64,000 nt of DNA, from the IMG/VR virus record IMGVR_UViG_3300001528_000360, positions 1 through 64,000 of that record; one strand, written 5' to 3'. Each line of letters starts with the position of its first letter. Position 1 is the stretch's first letter. The translations under genes and the position numbers were made by a program. Of the stretch, positions 20,753 through 30,727 are shown in pieces. Below the pieces are notes generated by a model. The model was not told where the DNA came from, did not search any database, and saw only the letters and a list, made by a program, of their open reading frames with translations. This stretch comes from a virus. Taxonomy: Duplodnaviria > Caudoviricetes.

Positions 20753-22108
20753 ATGAAAACAATGCCTAACATTGACTTTAATAAAAAATTAGAAGAGGAT
20801 TTAATCTATCTTGCAACAGATTATTACAAAGATGAAATTAATGTTGAAATTGAAGAAGAAAAATATCAAAAAATTAGAATCAATCTATATGATAAAAATG
20901 TTTTAAAGGAGATATTAAAACATTTTAAATTGAAAGATTTAGGAAATGTTTTTGATTATCCTAATATCTTTACACTTCCTGAAGAGTTGGACGATACCAA
21001 TATGCGACAGGATTATAAACTACAATATAGAATCACTGCATCTGAAAAATATAATATTATTCTATATTATAGTGCGGATCTATATAGAACTCAGTGCTTC
21101 TTTATTGTAAATTCTAAGGATCTAAAGAAATTTTCTAATAAATTAAAAAAGATCCTTGCATCTAAATCTAAATTCAATGTATTTAAGAATATTGATTTAA
21201 CAACAAAAAAGAATGAGTATTTAGAGATTAATACAGACTTTGATGATGATGGAGAAAAAATGACATCGTCATCATATAATGTATATAGAAAGAAAATTAA
21301 AGATGAATTATTAGTATTTGATCCAGAATCTGAAATCTTTAAAGTAATGAACGATATTCAGCTATTCTTCAAAAAAGAAACTAAGAAAATGTATGAAGAT
21401 ATGAATATTGTATATAAACGTGGAATTATTCTTTATGGAGATCCTGGTAATGGAAAAAGTGCTATGATTCGAGAGATTATTAGACATCTTGATAAGCATA
21501 TTATTAAGATTATCATTAGTCCTAATATTAATGACTTCACAGTTGCATTATCATTATTACTTGAAGCACTTAATGGACGACAAGCTATTATCATTATTGA
21601 GGATATTGACTCTCTTATTACCAGTAGAAATAGATCTATGTTTCTTAATCTTCTTGATGGTGTAGATATTTCTTCAGGTATTTATTTTATTGGAACTACT
21701 AACTATCCTGATAGAATTGATAATGCTTTCATGAATAGATCTGGTAGATTTGATAAAACTGTAGAAATTGGAAATCCAACTGAAGAGATGAGAGAATTAT
21801 ATTTTAAGAGTAGAAATCTTAGCCATCATTTATCTAAATTTAAAGTATATAAAGATAAAGATACTAATAATACATTAGATGTAGTTCCATTATTTGTTAA
21901 ATATAGTGAAGGATTTTCAATGGCCAATCTTAAAGAATTACTGATTAGTACTCAATATATGTTAGCTGTTCATCCTGAGATGAGTATTGAAGAATCTTTA
22001 CAAATCAATTCACAATTCTTGAAAGATAATAAAGCTAAACATGAAGAATCTATGAAGAATAATAGAAATAGATATGTATCTCGTAATGATGATTACTTTG
22101 ATGATTAA
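20753..22108 (+). CDS. AAA+ ATPase
   Basis: Walker A GDPGNGKS, Walker B IIIIEDID, SRH TTNYPDRIDNAFMNRSGRFD; early motif at 20714. Confidence 0.9.
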   Translation: MKTMPNIDFNKKLEEDLIYLATDYYKDEINVEIEEEKYQKIRINLYDKNVLKEILKHFKLKDLGNVFDYPNIFTLPEELDDTNMRQDYKLQYRITASEKYNIILYYSADLYRTQCFFIVNSKDLKKFSNKLKKILASKSKFNVFKNIDLTTKKNEYLEINTDFDDDGEKMTSSSYNVYRKKIKDELLVFDPESEIFKVMNDIQLFFKKETKKMYEDMNIVYKRGIILYGDPGNGKSAMIREIIRHLDKHIIKIIISPNINDFTVALSLLLEALNGRQAIIIIEDIDSLITSRNRSMFLNLLDGVDISSGIYFIGTTNYPDRIDNAFMNRSGRFDKTVEIGNPTEEMRELYFKSRNLSHHLSKFKVYKDKDTNNTLDVVPLFVKYSEGFSMANLKELLISTQYMLAVHPEMSIEESLQINSQFLKDNKAKHEESMKNNRNRYVSRNDDYFDD

Positions 22109-22211
22109 TTAATATAAAAATAATCCTTGTTTTATTCAAGGATTATTTTTTTGTGTTTTTAGTCAAGATATACTGGTTCAACATTTATGTAAAGAAACGA
22201 GGTGATGTAGA

Positions 22212-22943
22212 ATGCCGATGAATCCTTCTCAGCTATTAACTTCTATTAAAATGGATCTTGGTATTTATGGACTTAGATTACCATTTGATAACCCTGATCA
22301 AGCAATGCTCGATGTTATCAAATTAAAAACTTTAAAAACTTTTAGTACATACCTTCCTCAGGTAAAGACTATTTCTGTTGATCTAACTAAAGAGTTAGAA
22401 TGTATCAAAGAGGAATATACTGAATCTATTTATATTATTCCTGATTTATTTGCAGGAAGAGAAATCATGTATGTGAGAAATATTAATTTAAAGAGTAAAC
22501 TTCTTGGCAATGGTTTTATTTCCCCTACATTTGATGGTTCAATTGAAACTTATAATATGTTAATGATGACACAAGCAAATGCAAATCTTGCATCTATTGC
22601 TGCTCCTGCTATTACATTTAAATTTGAACCTCCGAATAAATTATATTTATACAATGTGGCAACAGCTTATGGTGTAATTGATATTGAGTTTGGTATTGAA
22701 CATGCAGAGAATCTTTCTACGATTCCTATTACTGCATGGGAATCTTTCTATGAACTTGCTTTATTAGATATTAAAAGATTCTTATATAATATCATGAAGC
22801 ATTATAGTGAACTTCAGACTGCATATGGTACTCTTAATCTTAAAATTGATGATTGGGCTAATGCTGAGTCTGAACGTAGAGATGTTGTTGAAAAGATGAA
22901 GGATCTTTATCATCTTGAAGTTGAGCAATTCTTTATTATTTAA
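22212..22943 (+). CDS. Putative neck/head-tail connector protein
   Basis: Late motif at 22180; size and helical pattern like T4 gp13-type neck proteins. Confidence 0.45.
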   Translation: MPMNPSQLLTSIKMDLGIYGLRLPFDNPDQAMLDVIKLKTLKTFSTYLPQVKTISVDLTKELECIKEEYTESIYIIPDLFAGREIMYVRNINLKSKLLGNGFISPTFDGSIETYNMLMMTQANANLASIAAPAITFKFEPPNKLYLYNVATAYGVIDIEFGIEHAENLSTIPITAWESFYELALLDIKRFLYNIMKHYSELQTAYGTLNLKIDDWANAESERRDVVEKMKDLYHLEVEQFFII

Positions 22944-22962
22944 ATTAATGGAGGTATATATT

Positions 22963-23397
22963 ATGGAAAAGCTTAATGAGTTATTTGCTGCTCTTGTGGT
23001 TTATAGACATAATTTTCATATTCTTCATTGGAAGGTTAAGTCTTGTGACTTTGATTGTGTCCATAAGTTATTTGATGATTATGTTGATAAGTTTAATACC
23101 ATGATTGATGAAGTTGCTGAAGTTATGCTCTCTGTTGGTATGAATCCTCTTTGTCTTCAGGGTTGTATTGATCAGTTAGTAAGATCTGGTACTGAGTTTG
23201 TTGTATTAGATCCTGTTGATGACTATGATCCTAAGAAGGCTTTTGAAATTACTAATACTATGTTAACTAAATTAATGGATGTATACTGTGAAGTTTGTAA
23301 AAATGATATTCCTTCTGATATTATTAGTAAGTTAGATGAGCATAAGTATTGGCTTCGTATTGAAGCATTCTATAAGAATGGTCGTAGATTAATGTAA
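22963..23397 (+). CDS. dps: Dps/ferritin-like protein
   Basis: HWKVK...FDCVHKLFDD...IDEVAE ferroxidase motif; C-terminal HKYWL; SD GGAGG before ATG 22963. Confidence 0.8.
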   Translation: MEKLNELFAALVVYRHNFHILHWKVKSCDFDCVHKLFDDYVDKFNTMIDEVAEVMLSVGMNPLCLQGCIDQLVRSGTEFVVLDPVDDYDPKKAFEITNTMLTKLMDVYCEVCKNDIPSDIISKLDEHKYWLRIEAFYKNGRRLM

Positions 23398-23418
23398 TAA
23401 TAAAAAACATATATAACT

Positions 23419-23449
23419 ACCCCTATACGGTTAAATTCCGTATAGGGGT
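23419..23449. terminator. Bidirectional terminator
   Basis: acccctatacgg...ccgtataggggt between convergent genes. Confidence 0.8.
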
Positions 23450-23473
23450 TATTTTAAAACTCATATCGTCAAG

Positions 23474-25287
23474 TTATTCGAATTTCGTTAACATGTAAAG
23501 GGTCTGCACGCCCTCATTAGTTGTAGTACGCATATTCTGTCCTTGAATATTTAAAATATGACTCTTACTCATCATTAATCGTCTAGCTTCATCATTAGCC
23601 TCCTGAGTAAATAAACCTCTAATAGAGATCTGATCTCCCGTTTATGTTCATATAAGATCGTTAATCTTATATCGTTCATTTAAGAACAGCTTTATATTAC
23701 TATAAAGGCCAGACTATATCATCATCTTTTTAAGATGCTCTCTATTTCCACTCACTTGAGTGTACTAATAGTCGTTGAACCTTACTTCATAAGAAGTCTT
23801 GGCTGCTGATTATCTTATAAAAGATTTTCCAGCAATTAAGAGAGTTATTCGACATATATTTCTATATGAAGCGACTATATTTAATCGTAATCACCGCCTA
23901 ATCCTTTTAGCATAAGGTTAGACATAGTGATAGTATCATGGAAACTAATTTCAACTTGAGATTTTGATTGACTAAGATCAATATAAGGATAGTTATTATA
24001 TACTGTACCATTAACAAATACAGGAATAGTTTTAGTTGTACTAAGAACTGTTACCTGTGAAGGGAATGTAGAAAAGTAGTCAGTAATAGGATATCGAGTT
24101 ACATATACCATTTTATCTTTAGTCACATCAACAGCAGCCTGATAAAGAATATCACACCAAGTTGCAGGTCTATTTAAAGAAGAACCTTCCTCAGGGTGAT
24201 TCTTATCATAAAGTCGTCCTGTAAATTGTAAATAAACTTTTTCTTTCATATTCTTAACAGGAAGTTGAATAGGAACAAATCTGTCAGTGTGAGAAAAGAT
24301 AAATTGATCAATCTGTTTCTTAATATACTCATCATTAAAGTATAATTCAGGATTATCTAATTCAACAAAGATAATCTCACCATTTTTATCTTTAACAGGA
24401 TATTTCTTTCCTGATTGCTCAAATTCTCTTCTAAAGAATCCTTTTACCCAACTAATAATAAAAGGTGTAAAAAGAGAACAGCACTGAGCAAGCGGAACAC
24501 CAACGTGATAGAAATCTATGTTCATTTCACTCCATTTATTAACATGGAATGTAGGAGCAGAAATAACTGATCTTGCACCATAATCAATTGATTTACCAAG
24601 TAAGTTTCTACGAATAAGACCCTGTTTCTTTTCTAATTTTCCTTTAAGTAAATCATATATTTCAACTAAAGTTTCTTGAATTTTAGCTTTAGTATTAATC
24701 AATGTCATTTCAAAGGAATTATTATCTCTAACAATAGAGCATAGGCGAATTAATCGACTATACTTATCATTAATTTCATGATGGGATAATTTTCCTTTTT
24801 CAATATTTTGAAGATTTACATCTCGATAAAATGCAGGAATAACAATCCAATATTTTGTAAAAATTACATTCTTTTTATAAGCATGTAATAGATCAACTCT
24901 TTCATTACGTGCTAAACTATTATTCTTTTCAAAATTGATTTTCTCCCAATTGTCGTAAAGAAAACGAATGCCGGTTTTTCCAGACTCATCATTTTCCACT
25001 AATACTCCATTCTCAATAACATATTTTTTTGTGCCATGTACGATATGTTTAAAATTACGATTTAATCGTAAGATCAATTTATAGATAAAGGGATGAATAA
25101 AATAATCATGTAGATCAATATATGCATAAGTATTTTTTCTATCATTAATTGATACACCAAAGATATCAGTTGATAATAAACCAGTAGATGAAGGAATACC
25201 TCCACGAACAAATAACATTGGATCAGTTATTTCTTCAAGTTTATTAACATCAATAAATTCTTTAGTATCAAACAAATCTACTATCAT
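23474..25287 (-). CDS. Phage RNA polymerase beta' subunit, N-terminal part; spliced join(25287..23884, 23638..23474), 522 aa
   Basis: GLIRRNLLGKSIDYGARSVIS and TRYP motifs; splicing restores catalytic GGDYD|GDQ; exon 2 encodes EANDEARRLM...GVQTLYMLT as in beta'. Confidence 0.9.
23639..23883 (-). mobile_element. Group I intron (subgroup IA-like, ORF-less, 245 nt) in RNAP beta'
   Basis: P AATTGCTGGAAA, Q AATCAGCAGC, R GTTCAACGACTA, S GATATAGTCT; exon ends in T, intron ends in G; P1 CGAU|UA pairs with UAGUCG. Confidence 0.93.
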
Positions 25288-25645
25288 ATATATCCCCCTC
25301 CTTTTTATTATTTTTTGTACTAATCTCTACAAGAAGATAGTTTTTACTTTCAACTAAATTTAATTTGAAATGTTTGGAGAATATATAATCATCCCTATTA
25401 GAATTGATTTTAAATACAATGTCATTGATATATGTAATATCATGTGGTTCTATAATGACTCTTAGTGCATTTTTATTTGCTTTACAATAAATTTGCTCAA
25501 TTTTATTTAAATTAATATCTTCTATTAATGAGTAGAAATATTTAAATTTTTCATAATGGTTTTCTAAAATGTCAGAAAATAAATTACAATCGACTAACTG
25601 GGAATCAGTTAGTCGATTGAATACATTAATCAAATCTGTTTTCAT
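25268..25645 (-). CDS. Hypothetical protein overlapping the RNAP start
   Basis: SD AAAGGG before ATG 25645 (MKTDLIN). Confidence 0.55.
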   Translation of the reverse strand: MKTDLINVFNRLTDSQLVDCNLFSDILENHYEKFKYFYSLIEDINLNKIEQIYCKANKNALRVIIEPHDITYINDIVFKINSNRDDYIFSKHFKLNLVESKNYLLVEISTKNNKKEGDIYDSRFV

Positions 25646-25730
25646 AAGAACACGCCCTTTCTTGTTGTTTAGTTTTACCATCGACAGGTGTGCGGGCGTT
25701 TTCTTTAACGAATAGGAGAAATAAAAAAAA

Positions 25731-25970
25731 TTATCGACCACTTAATGCATCTTCGAGATCATCCTGATCTAAACCACCAGAACCTTCTTTATATTCTCGT
25801 TCAAGTCGTTTATTTCTAGTATCTCGCATTAATAATGCTTCTTTATAGGAAATTTTATATTTAAGATCATCTAAAGATATCTGATTCTTAAATAAAGCTA
25901 AGAATTCATCAATAAATGTATAAAATCCCCTTATTCGATCACGGTACTGAGCGCCTGTCGATACCGATAA
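25731..25970 (-). CDS. -1 frameshift extension of the 25931..27514 protein (79 aa)
   Basis: Frame with no usable start that opens two codons before the slippery CCTTTTTTA (25976-25968). Confidence 0.6.
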   Translation of the reverse strand, partial: LSVSTGAQYRDRIRGFYTFIDEFLALFKNQISLDDLKYKISYKEALLMRDTRNKRLEREYKEGSGGLDQDDLEDALSGR

Positions 25971-27514
25971 AAAAGGATATTCTCAAGCTCCATTTCAATG
26001 AACGGGACATAATTACCACAATGCGGGCAAGTAATATCCATCAGACCATAAGAAACAGACATATCATTCAGAAGGTCTTCACCCATCTTACGAATAACAA
26101 GAATATCAATTTCATTCAAAGTGTACAGTGTCTTAGAAATATCAGCACCACTGTCAACTTCAAAGTAACTGCCGGGCTCATCAGGATCGGGAACATAGAA
26201 TTTATTAATTAATGTAGAAAGTACAGCGGTCTGTGCGTACTTTTCATCAGTATTATCAGTTAAATCCTTAATAGACTTATTAATAAGATCATAAGCAGAC
26301 TGAACATAAATTTCAGCAATAATTCCACTATGAGGAAGCTTAATACGCTTAACATAAGAAATGAGAGAATCCTCATGAACCTTCTTAGCGGATTCCTCAG
26401 TAACAGAATTATCAACGATATTCATAAATGTATCCTGAAGCTTTTCACTCATAGCCTCTGCACGAATCAGAGAACGAACAGAATACTTATGGTTGAACGG
26501 CTTCTTGCACTTTTCACAAGTAAGAGGAATTTCATCATCATCAGGATAAGTAGAACACAGAAGGCCATAAATAAAAGTATTATAATCACTTGCCGCAGTA
26601 TTCATCAGGAACTCATTAAAGTCCATCTTACCAAGGCTTGTGCTTTCAATCTTATTATGAATCAAAGACCACTTATTCTGTGCATTCAGAAGAGCGTTGT
26701 CATTACCATCAATCAATGAAATAAGTTCATATGCAGAACAACCCTTCATCTCGGCAGTATAACCAGAAATAGGGAGAACGATATTCGTTGTAGCAATGCT
26801 AGTAACACGCTTAATAATCTTATCAATATCCTTCTTCTTAGGCTTCTTAGTCTTGATAGTATCAAGAGAAACCGTTTCAACTTCCTCTAACTTAATCTTC
26901 TTAACCTTTTCGAGCTTTTCATGCTCTTCATCAGTGAAATTGATAACACGACCAAAGCCGGACTTATCAATAACAACAACAGCTTCATTATACTTCTCAT
27001 GGAACTCATCCTTGGTCATACCAGGATTCTCTTCATCTTCAGTTTCCTCAGAATCAGAAGACTCAGTTTCAGCCTTCTTCTCTTCAGCATAAGCCTTAGC
27101 CTCTTCGATATCATTATCCATATCAGCAAGATAAGCTTCAAAGCTGCTCTGAGTACTAGGAGTTACACCAGTATATACAGGAGTTTCCTCTTCTTTTTCA
27201 ACAAGATCCTCGTTATTAATAACAAGACCAGGACCTTCATATGTTTCTTTCTTTTGTTCAGGAATATATGTGATAGATGTATCAACACTATCTTCCTTAG
27301 TTACAGTATTCTCATAGGACTGCTTGACAACTGCAGATTCAGTAGTTTCACCCCTCAAACGAGAAGCAAAATCACCACCAACAGTTACAGTCTCTTCATC
27401 ACCAGGAGTAGCAGCAGTAGGAGCTACTCGTGTAGATTCAAACTGTTTCTTGAGGGAATCAAGATCAATAGTATTATCTAAATGATTATTGTTGCTCATA
27501 GTTTTCTCCTCCAT
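25931..27514 (-). CDS. Baseplate hub/tail assembly chaperone (T4 gp26/gp51-like)
   Basis: IVLPISG, CEKC and CPHC zinc pairs, duplicated LP.SG domain; follows a gp25-like gene. Confidence 0.65.
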   Translation of the reverse strand: MEEKTMSNNNHLDNTIDLDSLKKQFESTRVAPTAATPGDEETVTVGGDFASRLRGETTESAVVKQSYENTVTKEDSVDTSITYIPEQKKETYEGPGLVINNEDLVEKEEETPVYTGVTPSTQSSFEAYLADMDNDIEEAKAYAEEKKAETESSDSEETEDEENPGMTKDEFHEKYNEAVVVIDKSGFGRVINFTDEEHEKLEKVKKIKLEEVETVSLDTIKTKKPKKKDIDKIIKRVTSIATTNIVLPISGYTAEMKGCSAYELISLIDGNDNALLNAQNKWSLIHNKIESTSLGKMDFNEFLMNTAASDYNTFIYGLLCSTYPDDDEIPLTCEKCKKPFNHKYSVRSLIRAEAMSEKLQDTFMNIVDNSVTEESAKKVHEDSLISYVKRIKLPHSGIIAEIYVQSAYDLINKSIKDLTDNTDEKYAQTAVLSTLINKFYVPDPDEPGSYFEVDSGADISKTLYTLNEIDILVIRKMGEDLLNDMSVSYGLMDITCPHCGNYVPFIEMELENILFYRYRQALSTVIE

Positions 27515-27522
27515 TTAAAAAA

Positions 27523-27942
27523 TTAGGTATCTAAAGAATTGTTGATTTTATAGTTAAAAGTGACTTCATTAGATTTATTATTTCTTTTAAATCCAATCAC
27601 TATAGTTTCACCTTCAACAGATAATGGAATATATATAAATAAAATAGATTCATTTTCATAAGGAAATAATAACATTTGCATTGATGATAAATCAATATAT
27701 GGTAATAATGCTGAGCATTGAGATGAAATTTGAGCTTTTATATATGACACATCAATGTCTTCTTCAAATTTATAAAGATACTGTTTAATATTAATTCCAA
27801 GATGAGGTAAAGATGGCATCTGTCCAGGTCGCATTAATAAAAGATTAATTAATACCTGTGCAACAGATTGAGCCTGTGTTAACATCTTTTGTTTTCCAAA
27901 ATTATCTATACCAAAATTTAATTCATTTTTTATCTCAGCCAA
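27523..27942 (-). CDS. Baseplate wedge subunit, gp25-like
   Basis: LINLLLMRPGQMPSLPHLGINIKQYLY matches the gp25/GPW pattern; late motif at 27982. Confidence 0.75.
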   Translation of the reverse strand: MAEIKNELNFGIDNFGKQKMLTQAQSVAQVLINLLLMRPGQMPSLPHLGINIKQYLYKFEEDIDVSYIKAQISSQCSALLPYIDLSSMQMLLFPYENESILFIYIPLSVEGETIVIGFKRNNKSNEVTFNYKINNSLDT

Positions 27943-28050
27943 GCAAAATCACCTCTCTTTCATTATAATGTAGGTATATCTTTATCTATATGTGAATACT
28001 ATAAAAAATAAAAAAAAAGAAGAGGATATAATATCCTCTTCTTTTTCAGG

Positions 28051-28254
28051 TTAATCCCAAGTCTCGTCATTAATATCAGGGGCACCATTATTCTTTCCAC
28101 CCCAACCTTCAAAAAGGCTCTCATATGAACCAGATTCTAAAGGTTTTTCAGTTCTGGTTTTATGTATTTCATTTCTTTGTTTTTTCTCAGTAAGATTTTT
28201 ACAATGTTTAACAAATCCCTCTTCCCGAACGATCATCTTGACGTGATAAGACAT
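28051..28254 (-). CDS. Early hypothetical protein
   Basis: SD AAAGGA, early motif at 28316. Confidence 0.5.
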   Translation of the reverse strand: MSYHVKMIVREEGFVKHCKNLTEKKQRNEIHKTRTEKPLESGSYESLFEGWGGKNNGAPDINDETWD

Positions 28255-28351
28255 GGTTATATTCCTTTCTGGTTTTATGAGTTTTCCTTCTCATTAATTT
28301 TACTTTATTATAGATATAATATATATTTATAAGTATTAAAAATACGATTTC

Positions 28352-28717
28352 TTAATGTATTGCAAATAAACTTATGAATAATTTATTTGCAACCTTATCA
28401 AGAATTTCTAAATAATCATTATCAGTTACTCTGTTTGTTTTCTTATTATATAATGCTAATAAATCTTTATGAACTTTAACTATAGCCCAAGGTAGTAATA
28501 TGTCTACAGGAACATCTTCTGAAGATATTTCAAATGTTGCATGAAGATGAGCTGTAACAGTTTCAATAATATCAAGTTCAATTACATCATGAAATGAAAC
28601 AGGTTTTTCTTGTAATGATTGAATTTTTTCAGTGTGTAACAATTCTAGTCTTAGCATAACTTCCTGTTGCATTTCTTTTACTGATGAGATTAATTTTGTT
28701 TTCAAAGTAATTACCAC
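28352..28717 (-). CDS. Early hypothetical protein
   Basis: Early motif at 28750; start uncertain. Confidence 0.5.
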   Translation of the reverse strand: MVITLKTKLISSVKEMQQEVMLRLELLHTEKIQSLQEKPVSFHDVIELDIIETVTAHLHATFEISSEDVPVDILLPWAIVKVHKDLLALYNKKTNRVTDNDYLEILDKVANKLFISLFAIH

Positions 28718-28814
28718 CTTTAGGTTATATTATTTACATATCTATTATTATAATATATACTTTAAAAAGATGATTATACGAAAAAAAAGATTGGGAAAAC
28801 CCAATCTTTTTTAT

Positions 28815-29087
28815 TTAACCGAAAGTTAATACTTTGCCGGTTTTGTTATTTCTAACTCCACCAACAAGCCAGCCAAAGCTATCCTTTTCAACAGGATAAA
28901 CCGTATATCTAAGTTCTTCCAATGTAGTAATGTTATTGTAGTTAACTCCACCATCATGTGTTATCAGCAACTCATTACATACTGAAGTTGCATGATCAAT
29001 TTCCGGATTAGATTCAAAATATATCCCATCGGCAGGATTATCTTGAATACTATCGAGTAATTCGGCAAATTCTTTTATGGTTATCAT
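28815..29087 (-). CDS. Early hypothetical protein
   Basis: Coupled to the upstream ORF. Confidence 0.6.
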   Translation of the reverse strand: MITIKEFAELLDSIQDNPADGIYFESNPEIDHATSVCNELLITHDGGVNYNNITTLEELRYTVYPVEKDSFGWLVGGVRNNKTGKVLTFG

Positions 29088-29088
29088 T

Positions 29089-29304
29089 TTACATATTTCC
29101 TCTCATTTTATCAATCACTTCATTAAGTTCTTTGTTAGTTGATTTAGCGAAATTTAATTCCTCCTTTAATCTTAAATTTTCTTCTTTTGCAGTTCTTAAC
29201 TGATTTTCAATATTGCTAATAATATTATTAGCAATAGAAACTGCTTCATTGTATCCTTTGCAATAGTCTGTAGATGTACACATACTCATTGTACGATACT
29301 CCAT
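29089..29304 (-). CDS. Early coiled-coil hypothetical protein
   Basis: SD AAGGAG, early motif at 29351. Confidence 0.6.
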   Translation of the reverse strand: MEYRTMSMCTSTDYCKGYNEAVSIANNIISNIENQLRTAKEENLRLKEELNFAKSTNKELNEVIDKMRGNM

Positions 29305-29436
29305 ATTAAATTTCTCCTTTTAAAATATATTTTATGATTTTACTATTATTATAATATATATTTATAAATCTCAACTTTACGGTAAAATAATACATTTAAC
29401 ATTTATGTAAGATAAGATAAATAGGAGGTATTCCTA

Positions 29437-29937
29437 ATGAATTCTGAAATGTTTAATAGTCTTTTAGAAGACGTTCAGTTTGTAGATATTATGAATGCTG
29501 ATATATTAAATGAATCTTCATTAAAGTCTGTTGTAAATGATAATTTTAAACATAAAGGAAATAAAAAATTATCTACATTCAGAAATGTTCATGTTGATAA
29601 ATCATATATTAATAAATATAACATCACATATAAATTTTTAAAACATGCTGATCTTAAAGATGATATTACTGTGTGGATGGATAAAGATAAAATTGTTTCA
29701 ATATTAATGATAGATCATAAATCTAATACTTCTCATTTTATAACCGGAATTGAAGTTACAAAAGAATATCAAGGTTATGGTTTAGGAAAACAAGTGTTAG
29801 ATTATGCTGTAAAACAAAAAGGCGCAAATGAGTTATCTGTTATGAAAGATAATAAAGTTGCTATTCGAATGTATGAAAAATATGGATTTAAAAAAGATAA
29901 AAAAGATCATGGACAGATGTATTTCATGCATATTTAA
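29437..29937 (+). CDS. GNAT acetyltransferase with N-terminal shared leader
   Basis: EYQGYGLGK motif A, NKVAIRMYEKYGF; late motif at 29398. Confidence 0.85.
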   Translation: MNSEMFNSLLEDVQFVDIMNADILNESSLKSVVNDNFKHKGNKKLSTFRNVHVDKSYINKYNITYKFLKHADLKDDITVWMDKDKIVSILMIDHKSNTSHFITGIEVTKEYQGYGLGKQVLDYAVKQKGANELSVMKDNKVAIRMYEKYGFKKDKKDHGQMYFMHI

Positions 29938-29953
29938 AAGGATGTGATTAATA

Positions 29954-30718
29954 ATGAAGAAAATTAATTGTCCTCTTTGTGATGAAAGATATACTACATT
30001 AGACGGTCTTTATGATCATATTGAAGAAGATCATAGTGATAATATTCCTAAGGATATGTCAATTCCTCAGTATTTATATTTTTTACGCACAGGAAAAGCT
30101 CATGGGTCTTGTGTTGTTTGTAAGAAAGATACAGAGTGGAATGACGTTACAGGAAAATATAAAAGATTCTGTAACAATCCTAAGTGTAAGGAAACTTACA
30201 GAAAACAATTTGAAAAACGTATGATTGATAAATACGGTAAAACTACACTTTTAAATGAACCTGATCAACAGAGAAAAATGTTAGCACATAGAAGTATTTC
30301 TGGTGAGTATACTTGGTCTGATGGTACTAAGAAGACTTATACAGGAACTTATGAATTAGATTTCTTAAAGTTCTTAGATGCTTTTATGAACTTTGATTCT
30401 GATGATGTATTTGCACCTTCTCCTCATACGTATTATTATATGTATAAAGGAGAAAAGAAATTTTATATTCCTGATTTCTGGATTCCTTCTTTAAATCTTG
30501 AAATCGAAATCAAAGAAAGTGATAATAAACATACTCATATGCAGGTTGACAGAGAAAAAGAAAGATTAAAAGATAATGTAATGAATGGATTTAAAAATAT
30601 CGGATATTTAAAAATCGTTGATAAAAATTATGATGGGTTTTTTAAATATCTTGCAGATAAAAAGGATAAATTTGTTAATGCTAAGAATATTGATTTCTCT
30701 GGTGTTGTTAAAGAATGA
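29954..30718 (+). CDS. C2H2 zinc-finger + TnsA-like PD-(D/E)xK endonuclease
   Basis: CPLC..H...H; CVVC...C...C; YIPDFW...EIEIK. Confidence 0.7.
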   Translation: MKKINCPLCDERYTTLDGLYDHIEEDHSDNIPKDMSIPQYLYFLRTGKAHGSCVVCKKDTEWNDVTGKYKRFCNNPKCKETYRKQFEKRMIDKYGKTTLLNEPDQQRKMLAHRSISGEYTWSDGTKKTYTGTYELDFLKFLDAFMNFDSDDVFAPSPHTYYYMYKGEKKFYIPDFWIPSLNLEIEIKESDNKHTHMQVDREKERLKDNVMNGFKNIGYLKIVDKNYDGFFKYLADKKDKFVNAKNIDFSGVVKE

Positions 30719-30727
30719 GGTGTTTAT

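Noticed and set aside
25646-25741. Upstream extension of ORF 25268..25741 (likewise 33693..34496, 22915..23397, 39697..41661)
   Set aside because: Extensions run through terminators, promoters or SD sites; downstream ATGs with proper SD were chosen instead
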